Positions 19,091 through 28,022 of a stretch of 64,000 bases of DNA are shown here, piece by piece. Both the position numbers and the translations under genes were made by a program. The notes under the pieces are model-generated. The model was not told where the DNA came from. It made no database searches and saw only the letters and a list, made by a program, of their open reading frames with translations. The stretch is from the sequence record MW812339.1; one strand, given 5' to 3'. Within the stretch, counting starts at the first letter, position 1, and each line of letters opens with the position of its first letter.

Positions 19091-19605
19091 TATTTGTTCT
19101 TCCTCACCCAAGCATTAATGGCGGCTTCGAATCCTTCGTGTTCGATACCCGCACGTTTCAATGCCAACATAGTCTCTAGTGCATCTGTAATTTCTGCGCG
19201 AAAACGATGGTCATCCATCTTGAACCACAGTTTCTTCGCATCCACCTTGAAGGCTTCTAACAGATACGCCTCACGAATCTGTGCGGGACGAATATAACGG
19301 CGACGAAGATTGGAGATTTCAATCATCGGGGTCATATCCAGCAGATGGGTGACGATGCGGGTAGGAACACCGTCTACCTTATCACGGGCAAGCAACGCGG
19401 AATGCCAGGCAATAGAACGCAGGATGTGGTCTTTCTCGTCGAACTGACTGCTGAGAGCGGGAGCGTCAACATCGGCCCAAAAGCGTGAGAAAGGATTTGT
19501 GGTCATTCCACGACCAAATAACTGTGGGGAATCTGTCAGACCACGAGTCTCGCGCATCACCCTGGTATAGCTTTTCATTTCTGGATTCCAAGTAGCTTCT
19601 GTCAT
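19090..19605 (-). CDS. Hypothetical protein
   Basis: 171 aa with AAGGAG RBS. Confidence 0.75.
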   Translation of the reverse strand: MTEATWNPEMKSYTRVMRETRGLTDSPQLFGRGMTTNPFSRFWADVDAPALSSQFDEKDHILRSIAWHSALLARDKVDGVPTRIVTHLLDMTPMIEISNLRRRYIRPAQIREAYLLEAFKVDAKKLWFKMDDHRFRAEITDALETMLALKRAGIEHEGFEAAINAWVRKNK

Positions 19606-19617
19606 GTTAATACTCCT

Positions 19618-19836
19618 TTAGGATATAAGTGCCTCCCCTTCGAATGGGCGAGACTTAGGCAACGTACCAAGCGCTGCTTTAATGCAAGTGTTTAAAGGCG
19701 AACCACTAAAGCCTACGTGGCCAATGGTACCTACGTTAACGTGTTGCGGACGAGGCGGCATGAATTCCTTCACGCGCTCGTACTCAGCCCAACAGATGTC
19801 TGTGTTTAAAGCTGAAAATCCTTGACGGTTTAACAT
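19618..19836 (-). CDS. Small hypothetical protein
   Basis: 72 aa, GAGGAG RBS. Confidence 0.6.
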   Translation of the reverse strand: MLNRQGFSALNTDICWAEYERVKEFMPPRPQHVNVGTIGHVGFSGSPLNTCIKAALGTLPKSRPFEGEALIS

Positions 19837-19906
19837 AAATAGCTCTCCTCACGTAAAATTACCCCGCTCATAGTGAGGTAATCTCGCAAGGAGAGCAAAG
19901 ATGGGG

Positions 19907-20401
19907 CTACGCTACTGCTGCCCCCGCGACGACATCCGGCTTAGCCTCGACGTGCGCCAATTTAGTAAATTCCAACCATTGGCCGTCAGAACCGACGACT
20001 TTGGTAAAGCCACGAGCAGTAAAGAACGCCACGCCAGATTCTTGGGCAGCGTAAATTCCACCGTACGCACTAGCGAACTCTTCGCGAGTCTTCAGTGCGT
20101 CAAACAACTGAGTCATCACTTTACGACGTCGTGCCATCTCCGACACGAACATAGAGCGAAACTTCAGCACCCCGCCGATGACCCGATACAGTACGTACCC
20201 GACAGGTGTTCCCCCTTCCATTGCCACAGCCGCACGGTTCCCGGCAAGCAGTCTTTCAATCGACAGGGTTGGAATCTCACCCCGTTCAATGTGCAATGCA
20301 TTACGTTGATGATTCAGGAACTTGTAATGTAAAGCTAAGAGCTGTTTGTTTTGTGCGTCAGACAAATCAGAGGCGGAGGAAAGAATGACGATTTCGGCCA
20401 T
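19907..20401 (-). CDS. GNAT-family acetyltransferase
   Basis: VAMEGGTPVGYVLY, SMFVSEMARRRKVMTQL (motif A), VAFFTARGF (motif B). Confidence 0.7.
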   Translation of the reverse strand: MAEIVILSSASDLSDAQNKQLLALHYKFLNHQRNALHIERGEIPTLSIERLLAGNRAAVAMEGGTPVGYVLYRVIGGVLKFRSMFVSEMARRRKVMTQLFDALKTREEFASAYGGIYAAQESGVAFFTARGFTKVVGSDGQWLEFTKLAHVEAKPDVVAGAAVA

Positions 20402-20468
20402 GAGTGATTTCCTATTATTGCGTATTCATGCCACTGAATAGCGTAGTTTACGAAGAATTGTGTATGTC

Positions 20469-20729
20469 TTAAGTATACCGGTGTTGCTTAGCAGTAACAA
20501 TCACTGCTGCAGGTGAGGACTTGTTCTCTTTTCGGAACAGTGTCCTAGCAACGTCGCTGAAAACGCCGCGATGCTGAGGTAACCTTTTGACGCCACATTC
20601 TCTCATGGCGCTTTTGATTACCACGCCAGTCTTCTTCAACTGTGCGTGAAACTGCGAAATCGTCTGGGCCACAGACTTCAACTTCTGCAACATCCGCAAA
20701 GCGAACGCCGATCCCAAGCTGTGCCTCAA
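20469..20729 (-). CDS. Hypothetical protein
   Basis: 86-aa ORF; competes with overlapping ORF 20545..20814. Confidence 0.35.
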   Translation of the reverse strand: MRHSLGSAFALRMLQKLKSVAQTISQFHAQLKKTGVVIKSAMRECGVKRLPQHRGVFSDVARTLFRKENKSSPAAVIVTAKQHRYT

Positions 20730-20939
20730 TTACTGCTACAATCGTGGCTGACCCGTTACTTCCAACTATCCTTGGACCAGGGTCTGCCTCTGTGTTACAT
20801 TCTGATTCTCCCACTGACTAAAATCCCTCCTCTCATTAAAACCACCCCTGCGTCAATGCAAGGATGCTACCCAGGGCAAAAGCACTGGCGGCGGTTCCAA
20901 CCATCAGACCACCACGAATACCTCGCCCCACCCAACGTG

Positions 20940-21071
20940 CTAGAAAAGCCAACATGCTAATAGCGCACCTAAACCGCAGATAACCACGGTAATGAGAAGA
21001 TCCGTCCAGGTCAATCCATCGTAAGCACCGATGGATATCAGAACTGCATTGGTCGTATTGATCGCAGTCAT
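20940..21071 (-). CDS. Small single-pass membrane protein (43 aa)
   Basis: Hand-translated MTAINTTNAVLISIGAYDGLTWTDLLITVVICGLGALLACWLF; GGAG upstream. Confidence 0.5.
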   Translation of the reverse strand: MTAINTTNAVLISIGAYDGLTWTDLLITVVICGLGALLACWLF

Positions 21072-21084
21072 GGGCCTGGCTCCG

Positions 21085-21195
21085 TTAGTGGTTCGTGCTT
21101 CCTTTGAAAGCCCAACCTTTCGTTCGGATAATCCAATCCCAACCGCCGCGAATCAGATACATCGCAATCCCCGTTAACACAATACCTTCAATCAT
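21085..21195 (-). CDS. Small hydrophobic protein (36 aa)
   Basis: MIEGIVLTGIAMYLIRGGWDWIIRTKGWAFKGSTNH with GGGAG RBS. Confidence 0.45.
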   Translation of the reverse strand: MIEGIVLTGIAMYLIRGGWDWIIRTKGWAFKGSTNH

Positions 21196-21382
21196 TTTGA
21201 CTCTCCCGCCACTCACAACGCCCGTCAAACAGTCGCTCTTTAACAGCCGACAAGAAATAGACGACCGCTGCAACTCCAATAACCCCACAACAGAATATCA
21301 GGTAGGCGACTACAAACAGAAACTCGACTACCCGATATCCCCAATACGCCACTAAGCGCCAGCCTTTATGCCGCGTCTGCAT
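21188..21382 (-). CDS. Small membrane protein (start uncertain)
   Basis: Hydrophobic core FLFVVAYLIFCCGVIGVAAVVYFL. Confidence 0.45.
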   Translation of the reverse strand: MQTRHKGWRLVAYWGYRVVEFLFVVAYLIFCCGVIGVAAVVYFLSAVKERLFDGRCEWRESQND

Positions 21383-23885
21383 ACTTGATTTTAACCCCTT
21401 CGTTATACACCGGTGGAAGCGTGACTCCCTCAGGCTCGATGACGCAGTACGTGGCTTCGTTTAGCTTTGAATGCACTTCGGCCTCATGCGAAACGACCAG
21501 CAACTGTGAGAACTCACCACTGTTCGCTAATGACTTAATAAAAGACACCAAGCGATTGCGGTGTTCCTCGTCCATTCCTTCCGAGGGTTCATCCAATAAC
21601 AAAGGATAATTTTGTAAATTCAATGCCTTGTACGCAGTTAAGCGGAACATGGTATTAAAGATGATGCGTTGTGCCTTCGACCCCTTCTTCACATCCGGCA
21701 CTAACTCTTCGTGGTCTTTTAAACGCACGGGGAATGTGTAATCCAGATCCCCATCCGCAATGTCGCACGGAATCACTTGCATCGAGTACGACCACACCAA
21801 CTCGATATAGCGATTCATCAGTTCGGTAATGCGTTGAATGGCCAGGTAGAAGTAACGACGCAATAACCCTTTCTCAGGAGACAGCGCTCCAATAATCAGT
21901 TTGGTGTGGTTGTGTTCGTTCATTAACACAGACTGTTCTTTCTCCAGTTCGGTTAAACGTTGAACGGCACTTTCCATCTGACGGAAGCGTTCACGGGCTG
22001 AGGTATACGCATCCAGCTTACCTTCGCGTTGTTGTAACAGGTTACGCACGACCACGTTGTTCAGTGAAGTACCCATGTCGGAGGTGATACCGTCGTAAGT
22101 TTTCTGGAACTGTTCAATCGCTTGCTTAACCTGAGTCAGGTGTCCAATCTGACGAGCAATGGCTTCTGCTTCTCCACGAGCGCCATTCAATTGCTGGCGA
22201 GCGTTGTCCAGTTGACTGCGAACGTGCGCAATCTTCTGACCTAATGCCCCGTCAACATTCCCAACAGCAGCAATCGCTTCATGCCATTCACGCTCGGATT
22301 TCGCTAACTTCTCACGCTGCATCAAACAGACGGGTGCCTGCTCCAACTCACGGCCGAACTCCGCTGCAAGAGAACCGTACATGTGCCGATGGGTACTGAA
22401 AACGTCACGTTCCTGCAACATCTTAAAGAACAGCCCGAGCACAGGGTCTTTCGAATAGGTCATGACAATCTCACGGATAACCCGCAGACTGCTGACGTCT
22501 TCTTCAATCTCTTTGCGGTCACGCAACAAGGCTTCGAGTTCTTCCTGAATCTGCCGTTTCCAGGCTTCGTTCTCGTTGATGTTCTTTTCCACTTCTCCCA
22601 GCGTGACACGCACGCCTGGGCGGAAACGGTGACTACATTTCGGACAATCCACTTCGCTGGTTTCCAGGAAATGCTGTCGATCGTGATAGAGATTATTCAG
22701 CACATTGTCGCAGCGTTGCTTACGTTCAGACAATAAAGCCGACTGCTGGTCCATCTGCATCAGCTTCTGTTCCAACGCCGCCAAACGCTCGGTAGACTTG
22801 ACCTGGTCGAGATGTTGTGTCAACGGCAGGTTCCAGTTACGGGCATCGTTCGCAGCACCACGAATCATGTCCGCAGAGATACGTTCACCAGCAAAAAGTT
22901 CGGGGAATAACCAGTTCTCCGACTCGAAGGTCGCTATCTCACTTTTTAAGGTTTCGATGGTTTGCTTCAAGCCGGTATGATTACGCATCAGGTAATCCTG
23001 ACGGGATTCCTCGTCGAGTAAATGGGATAGCTCTTTATTGAGCATATTCACTTCGGTTTCTGCCGAAGCTGCCTGCTCACGCCAGCACACTTCTAAGCGC
23101 TGCTGAGCGCTTATCATCTCATCATTGGGTAACGCACCCTGACGTTCCATAATGAGCTTTACAGCCGGCTGGAGAGCGTTTAAACGACGCTGGATGCTAT
23201 CGAGGGACACGGAGTTGTCTAAACGGTCACGTGACTCGATAACTTTGTTCAAATCCTGCAGCTCACGATCGAGTTCGACCAGGCGTTCTTCCAGACGCGC
23301 TTTGTCATCGCCATCTTCCACAACCCGCATCTTCGCTTCGGCAATCTTTTTACCGGTATGCTCGATGGCACCGTTCAAACTGGTGGCGTGTTTGCGCAAA
23401 CGTCGATAGATACCCACGGCGTAGGTTAAGTCAGAAGCAGACATTAACGTGAACCATTTACGGCGAACGTCGGTACTTGCATCTGTTAGGAGCATTTCAC
23501 CATTGATGAGTTCTTTGATTTCTTTGGTGATGCCGGTGAGCTGCTCTACCATCGAGTTGTACACTTTACTGTTGACCGAATGAACAATCATGTTCCCTTT
23601 GGTCAGGTTCTCGATGCTGCAAGATAAGGACGAGCCAGTACGTCGAACTTCAAACTTCAGACGGTCGTCCCCAACCAACGCATAGTTGGTGTAGGAACCA
23701 CCTTCGCGGAATTCGGATTTAGCAGGTGCAAGAGGGAGAAAAACGGAGAGAAGGCTTGTCTTACCGCAACCGTTACCACCGAGGATGATAGTGACGAGAG
23801 ACTTGAGGGTGAAGTCGAATGTTTCGATTTCATGTAACCCCATTCCGGTAAATCCTTTCAGGATAATACGTTCGACCTTAAGCAT
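21366..23885 (-). CDS. sbcC: SbcC/Rad50-like SMC ATPase
   Basis: Walker A GGNGCGKTSL, long coiled coils, CPKC hook, degenerate signature KKGSKAQ, Walker B LLLDEP, H-loop VVSHE. Confidence 0.92.
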   Translation of the reverse strand: MLKVERIILKGFTGMGLHEIETFDFTLKSLVTIILGGNGCGKTSLLSVFLPLAPAKSEFREGGSYTNYALVGDDRLKFEVRRTGSSLSCSIENLTKGNMIVHSVNSKVYNSMVEQLTGITKEIKELINGEMLLTDASTDVRRKWFTLMSASDLTYAVGIYRRLRKHATSLNGAIEHTGKKIAEAKMRVVEDGDDKARLEERLVELDRELQDLNKVIESRDRLDNSVSLDSIQRRLNALQPAVKLIMERQGALPNDEMISAQQRLEVCWREQAASAETEVNMLNKELSHLLDEESRQDYLMRNHTGLKQTIETLKSEIATFESENWLFPELFAGERISADMIRGAANDARNWNLPLTQHLDQVKSTERLAALEQKLMQMDQQSALLSERKQRCDNVLNNLYHDRQHFLETSEVDCPKCSHRFRPGVRVTLGEVEKNINENEAWKRQIQEELEALLRDRKEIEEDVSSLRVIREIVMTYSKDPVLGLFFKMLQERDVFSTHRHMYGSLAAEFGRELEQAPVCLMQREKLAKSEREWHEAIAAVGNVDGALGQKIAHVRSQLDNARQQLNGARGEAEAIARQIGHLTQVKQAIEQFQKTYDGITSDMGTSLNNVVVRNLLQQREGKLDAYTSARERFRQMESAVQRLTELEKEQSVLMNEHNHTKLIIGALSPEKGLLRRYFYLAIQRITELMNRYIELVWSYSMQVIPCDIADGDLDYTFPVRLKDHEELVPDVKKGSKAQRIIFNTMFRLTAYKALNLQNYPLLLDEPSEGMDEEHRNRLVSFIKSLANSGEFSQLLVVSHEAEVHSKLNEATYCVIEPEGVTLPPVYNEGVKIKYADAA

Positions 23886-23940
23886 GGATGAGCCTTCTAA
23901 TGAAAAAGTATTAGTCGTTCATATCCACAGGTCCAAGCGT

Positions 23941-23972
23941 AAATAAAGAGAGGAGGAACCCCGAAGGGTTCC
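23941..23972 (-). terminator. Intrinsic terminator
   Basis: GGAACCC-TTCG-GGGTTCC then TCCTCTCTTTATTT on minus strand. Confidence 0.7.
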
Positions 23973-23984
23973 AAGGTATTGAAA

Positions 23985-24617
23985 TTACTGAGGAAGGTAC
24001 TTCTGATGACCGATGGACTTCCAGAACTCATCGGTCTTCGCCTGCGTCTGTTCAATCCAGGCTTTACCTGCTGCAGAATCAACCACCTTCATAGTTTCGT
24101 TCAGCAGGAACTTGGTCAACGTGACGGAGCGGCCTGGCGCGACGCTGTCGAAGTAGATAGGAACCAGGTAGTTGGTTTTGATCTCTTCATAAGGTTGTGC
24201 CTGATGACTACCCACCTTCCAGGCATTAGCAGTGGTACCCACTTTGGTCGCACAAACCACCACCCGTTCACCGATCCAGTTCACGGTGTCCGCAACGATG
24301 TTGTCGCCGTCGATGTAGAAGAACACCAAACGTTTCGGCTGCTCCACCGTACCAGCCAAATCCAAAGCGGTCGTAGCTTTAAAGATGGTGTTGTTCAGGT
24401 TACGTTCCGCCTGCGGCAAAGCAAACCATGCGTCCAGCTGTGCCCAGGCGCGAGGCATGGCACGTTTAAAGAAAGCTACCAGACGTTCGTATCCCAGGAA
24501 GCCTTCGACTTCTTCTTCCATCAGATTGATGCGCAGTGGTGTATCTTCACGATTGCCGTTCTGACAATTCGCCATGTCGCCGATAAAGCGCAACAGCGTG
24601 ATCTCATTCATGCTCAT
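23985..24617 (-). CDS. Hypothetical protein
   Basis: 210 aa, AAGGA RBS, flanked by terminators. Confidence 0.8.
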   Translation of the reverse strand: MSMNEITLLRFIGDMANCQNGNREDTPLRINLMEEEVEGFLGYERLVAFFKRAMPRAWAQLDAWFALPQAERNLNNTIFKATTALDLAGTVEQPKRLVFFYIDGDNIVADTVNWIGERVVVCATKVGTTANAWKVGSHQAQPYEEIKTNYLVPIYFDSVAPGRSVTLTKFLLNETMKVVDSAAGKAWIEQTQAKTDEFWKSIGHQKYLPQ

Positions 24618-24634
24618 GGTTAATCCTTATTCAA

Positions 24635-24664
24635 CAAAAAAAGAAGGTAGCCTACGGGCTACCT
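24635..24664 (-). terminator. Intrinsic terminator
   Basis: AGGTAGCC-CGTA-GGCTACCT followed by TCTTTTTTT on minus strand. Confidence 0.8.
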
Positions 24665-24670
24665 CTTGTA

Positions 24671-25174
24671 TTACAGCCCCATATGCATAAGAGATATCAC
24701 AGGAACTTTCTTCCCGCGAATGGTTGCATAGGGCTGGTACATCTCTGCGTTAGTGCTGAAGACTTCGTGAGCTGGAATACGCTCACCGGTAGACAGTTCC
24801 AGGATTTCGATTTGGTCACCCCAGAAGTTGTTCACGATAGCATGGTCAAGTGAAGTGTCTTCACGACCACCAGGCACAGAAACGAATGTGTGCGCACTGA
24901 AGAAGCCACGGGTATACAAAGTGTAGCCCGCGTTAATCATGCGGTAGTAAACATCGAGCTGGCGAGTCTGCATAACGGCATCGACCCACTCGCTGTGAAT
25001 AGAGTTAACGATGTCTGTTGCTTCAGCTGGCCAATCGTTTTCACGGTTCAAGGTCAGCTCACCCAACTGCTTCAGTTTCCAGGCAGTTGACAGAATGGTG
25101 CGGATACGCTCAGGGTTTACGTTAACCTGAGTGAAGAATTCGTTACGTGCGTTAGAGATAGTAGAAGTGTTCAT
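24671..25174 (-). CDS. Hypothetical protein
   Basis: 167 aa, AAGGA RBS. Confidence 0.8.
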   Translation of the reverse strand: MNTSTISNARNEFFTQVNVNPERIRTILSTAWKLKQLGELTLNRENDWPAEATDIVNSIHSEWVDAVMQTRQLDVYYRMINAGYTLYTRGFFSAHTFVSVPGGREDTSLDHAIVNNFWGDQIEILELSTGERIPAHEVFSTNAEMYQPYATIRGKKVPVISLMHMGL

Positions 25175-25204
25175 TTAAAATTCCTTACGATTAATAGTCG
25201 ATTG

Positions 25205-25281
25205 TAAAAAGGGCCCTGCGGCATAGTTGTGTTGGGGAAATCACCGCAGGGCCAATGTGAGATGGGTCGTTCATCTCACGT
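25205..25281 (-). ncRNA. Candidate small RNA or attenuating leader (hairpin plus terminator-like hairpin)
   Basis: GTGAGATG/CATCTCAC hairpin, then GGCCCTGCGG/CCGCAGGGCC stem with CTTTTT, directly downstream of promoter motif B. Confidence 0.4.
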
Positions 25282-25301
25282 AGATAACATCTGTTTGAAA
25301 T
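25282..25301 (-). promoter_or_regulatory. Candidate phage early promoter, copy B
   Basis: ATTTCAAACAGATGTTATCT on minus strand. Confidence 0.55.
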
Positions 25302-25309
25302 CTTTTCGG

Positions 25310-25696
25310 TTACTGGTCGAGCGTTACCGAACCTTGTATCCGGCCTTCCTGCTCAATCACCAGTAGACGCTTTTTGGTCTTCTGGTTGTAAGCAAGAGTG
25401 GCTTTCAAGGTCGGGTCACAGGTGACGGTATTGACAGGCAGGATTTCCTGCGCTTTCGAGTCCAGCACAAAGTAGTAACCTGCTGGGCAGGTGGCACCAC
25501 CTTTAGCGTGAATCAGAATGTACTCATCATGACGCTGGACTTCTTCACACGCATTACTATCGCCAGCACACACTTCAAAACTCGGAGGGTTGTACTGGTA
25601 AGGCTTATCCAACAGTAAGTCAGTTACGTTGGTAGATGCAACAGCAGACGCGGTGAAGAAAAGTCCCGCAACAACGATGGTCATGATTCCACGCAT
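25310..25696 (-). CDS. Secreted 4-Cys protein, paralog 1
   Basis: Signal peptide ...FTASAVA; YILIHAKGGATCPAGYYFVLD motif. Confidence 0.8.
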   Translation of the reverse strand: MRGIMTIVVAGLFFTASAVASTNVTDLLLDKPYQYNPPSFEVCAGDSNACEEVQRHDEYILIHAKGGATCPAGYYFVLDSKAQEILPVNTVTCDPTLKATLAYNQKTKKRLLVIEQEGRIQGSVTLDQ

Positions 25697-25708
25697 GGTA
25701 CTATCCTT

Positions 25709-26119
25709 TTAGAAGTTAATTTTGTTAACGCCCACGTTCTTTTTGTTCGTGGGATCGTAGAGAATGACGGTCAGGGTTTTATCGCCTGGGTCACGTGTGA
25801 ACTCTGCGACAGCTTCACCTTTACAGGTTTGATTGTCGTTGTACATCATCATTTCGGCTTTACCCGTGGTAAGGTTCACCACACCGTACTGCGGGTCGGG
25901 GCAGGCTACCCCACCTAATGTTTTCACCAGAACATAACGTGCGTTGTCGGACAGCGAAACTATGCTGCACAGGCCATCTTTCACGTCGCTGTTCTGACAC
26001 CAGAATTGACCACCGTTTTGCTGGTCGTCAACTCGAGCAGGCAACTCTACTGCGGCGGCCTTAACGAGAAAACTGATTGCAAGTGAAGCAAACAGGATTG
26101 GTAACATGAAACGTTTCAT
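25709..26119 (-). CDS. Secreted 4-Cys protein, paralog 2
   Basis: Signal peptide ...LVKA; YVLVKTLGGVACPDPQYGVVN motif. Confidence 0.8.
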   Translation of the reverse strand: MKRFMLPILFASLAISFLVKAAAVELPARVDDQQNGGQFWCQNSDVKDGLCSIVSLSDNARYVLVKTLGGVACPDPQYGVVNLTTGKAEMMMYNDNQTCKGEAVAEFTRDPGDKTLTVILYDPTNKKNVGVNKINF

Positions 26120-26131
26120 GGAACACCCCTT

Positions 26132-26629
26132 TTATAAACGGTTTAAATTTTGTAGTGTTTCAACAGTGTTGTTGTTGTAATACATTGCCATGGCGTAACC
26201 ACCTGAACTGGCTTCAGAGCGGATGAAACCCACTTTGAAATTACCGTGGCAAATCTGCTGTGCCGAAGCACTGCTTTTCTTAGGAATCACTGGAATGGAC
26301 ATCCCGGTGTTCCGGTTGATGAGGCCATACATGCCGTTAGGGCAGGTATTGTCACCAACGATGTGCACAATTGCGTAGTCGCCGTCTGGACTAATAGAGG
26401 CAACACTACAACGCTTGTGCATCACCAGATACTGGTTACAGGCAAAGAGCTTGCCTGTAGAGAGGTTACGGGTAACGGCAGGAATCCCACCGTTTAACGT
26501 ACCCTGGTACCCATCGAACTCGTCCGCATGGGCTTGTTGAACCGAGACTGCACCGACGATGGCCATCAGCAGTGCAGTAAACAGAACCAGTTTCGCCAGG
26601 TGGCGATTAATGACGCGAGTTGATTTCAT
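26132..26629 (-). CDS. Secreted 4-Cys protein, paralog 3 (start MKSTRV)
   Basis: Signal peptide ...QQAHA; YAIVHIVGDNTCPNGMYGLIN motif; GGAG RBS. Confidence 0.8.
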   Translation of the reverse strand: MKSTRVINRHLAKLVLFTALLMAIVGAVSVQQAHADEFDGYQGTLNGGIPAVTRNLSTGKLFACNQYLVMHKRCSVASISPDGDYAIVHIVGDNTCPNGMYGLINRNTGMSIPVIPKKSSASAQQICHGNFKVGFIRSEASSGGYAMAMYYNNNTVETLQNLNRL

Positions 26630-27017
26630 CTTTGACATCTCCACGGTTGAGCGTGATTCGGCCAATCAGCTCCGCGTTGTGGTAGAAGTCAACGGCTACC
26701 AGATTCGGTAGAGCTAATGGCGATATGCTTACAGAACTAACGGATGGCTGATTACAACTGATGTCGTACAGCCGCTGATACATCTTAAGCTTCTTATCGG
26801 CAATAACTAAACCGGTACAGTTCTTACCGTCCATGAGCTTGTAGACTTTGAGTTGTTCCACTTGTCGCATCAACACCGGCGTCTCGTTAGGAGCGAGTAC
26901 CGTACCGTTATCTGCTGAAGTGTATCCCGACAACTCGGGTTTATCGAAAGCGTAAGTTGCTGCCACGCCGACGAAAGCCGTAAGTGCTACTGCTTTTAAG
27001 ACTGTATTAATCTTCAT
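26607..27017 (-). CDS. Secreted 2-Cys protein, possible distant paralog
   Basis: Signal peptide ...AATYA; two Cys at similar spacing to the last Cys pair of neighbours. Confidence 0.75.
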   Translation of the reverse strand: MKINTVLKAVALTAFVGVAATYAFDKPELSGYTSADNGTVLAPNETPVLMRQVEQLKVYKLMDGKNCTGLVIADKKLKMYQRLYDISCNQPSVSSVSISPLALPNLVAVDFYHNAELIGRITLNRGDVKDEINSRH

Positions 27018-27036
27018 CTTCTACTCTATTGTCGAT

Positions 27037-27276
27037 TTAGTGAGTCAATCTTGATTGTGCCACAACGAAACGTTTAGCTTCGTGAGTGACCGTATTCATT
27101 GCAAGTACCACGGCGGTGATGGGGTATGGTAATTTACCGTTCACCTTTCTTGTTGGTACAACTACGTCGTCAGGATAGATAACCATCTCGATAATTCCCT
27201 CGAGTTCCTGACTGCAGTAAATGACACGGTAACGCTCGACGGTCCTTCCTACAGTATCCGCTATAATGAGGTCCAC
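27037..27276 (-). CDS. Hypothetical protein
   Basis: 79-aa ORF. Confidence 0.6.
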   Translation of the reverse strand: MDLIIADTVGRTVERYRVIYCSQELEGIIEMVIYPDDVVVPTRKVNGKLPYPITAVVLAMNTVTHEAKRFVVAQSRLTH

Positions 27277-27292
27277 GTGCTTTCCCCAAAGT

Positions 27293-27351
27293 GAAAAGAA
27301 GAAAGGCTACCCGAAGGTAGCCGACTAGAGTTAATGGCTCAACTCTCACTA
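27293..27351 (-). ncRNA. Candidate small RNA or leader (hairpin plus UUCG terminator)
   Basis: AGAGTT/AACTCT hairpin, then GGCTACC-TTCG-GGTAGCC-TTTCTTCTTTTC, directly downstream of promoter motif C; terminator may instead serve only gene 27375..27944. Confidence 0.35.
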
Positions 27352-27371
27352 AGGTAATATATATCTGAAAT
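27352..27371 (-). promoter_or_regulatory. Candidate phage early promoter, copy C (contains TATATTAC)
   Basis: ATTTCAGATATATATTACCT; TATATTAC is the published phiKZ early (virion RNAP) promoter core. Confidence 0.65.
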
Positions 27372-27374
27372 GAT

Positions 27375-27944
27375 TTATAATACGAATACGGTGCTGCTGC
27401 GTACAAAGCCCAGTTCACGGCACACCCGTTTAGTTTCGGCTTGACTAAAACCGACCAACTGAATGCGCAGGTGGGTGAGTTGTGGATGACGTTTCAGTGT
27501 CTCCAGCTTCCGTTCCCACTTCGAGGCGTGATTCAACTCCACATTCACCGGCACAACACCCAGCGGGGGAAGTTCGGACATCAGTACCCGATGATGTACG
27601 TTACCGCGTACATAGCTGAACGACGGTTTCAAGTGAAGACGTGCGTCGATATAGTTGCGCTCTTCGGCATAGTCCCGAAAGGTCGTAACGTTAATCTTAT
27701 CTTTGCTAAAGGCACTCATCTTCAATCCGATGATAGCGCGCCCACCTTCATGCGGTTTGTCGACAAAGAGTGCTACCGCTTCTTCACTGTTGAACGGGTG
27801 TAGCGTAATCAGTACACAGTTAGGCTGTAACTGTGCTGAGAGTGCCGCGATATCGGTATCAATCGGCAACAGTCCTGCACGATCCCACTTGCGGAGCAGG
27901 TCCATATTCTCGTGTGCGTGGAGCTGTAAAAGTCGAGCTGTCAT
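27375..27944 (-). CDS. Hypothetical protein
   Basis: 189 aa, GAGG RBS. Confidence 0.75.
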   Translation of the reverse strand: MTARLLQLHAHENMDLLRKWDRAGLLPIDTDIAALSAQLQPNCVLITLHPFNSEEAVALFVDKPHEGGRAIIGLKMSAFSKDKINVTTFRDYAEERNYIDARLHLKPSFSYVRGNVHHRVLMSELPPLGVVPVNVELNHASKWERKLETLKRHPQLTHLRIQLVGFSQAETKRVCRELGFVRSSTVFVL

Positions 27945-28022
27945 AATCCATACCTCAAAATGATTTGAGTTAAGTGTAAAAAAAGAAGAATGCAGGAACC
28001 CGAAGGCTCCCGCAGAAATAAA

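Noticed and set aside
23979-24623. 214-aa plus-strand ORF exactly antisense to 23985..24617
   Set aside because: Mirror ORF; the minus-strand gene has an RBS, matching terminators and fits local strand bias. Most other short track ORFs nested in long genes were rejected likewise.
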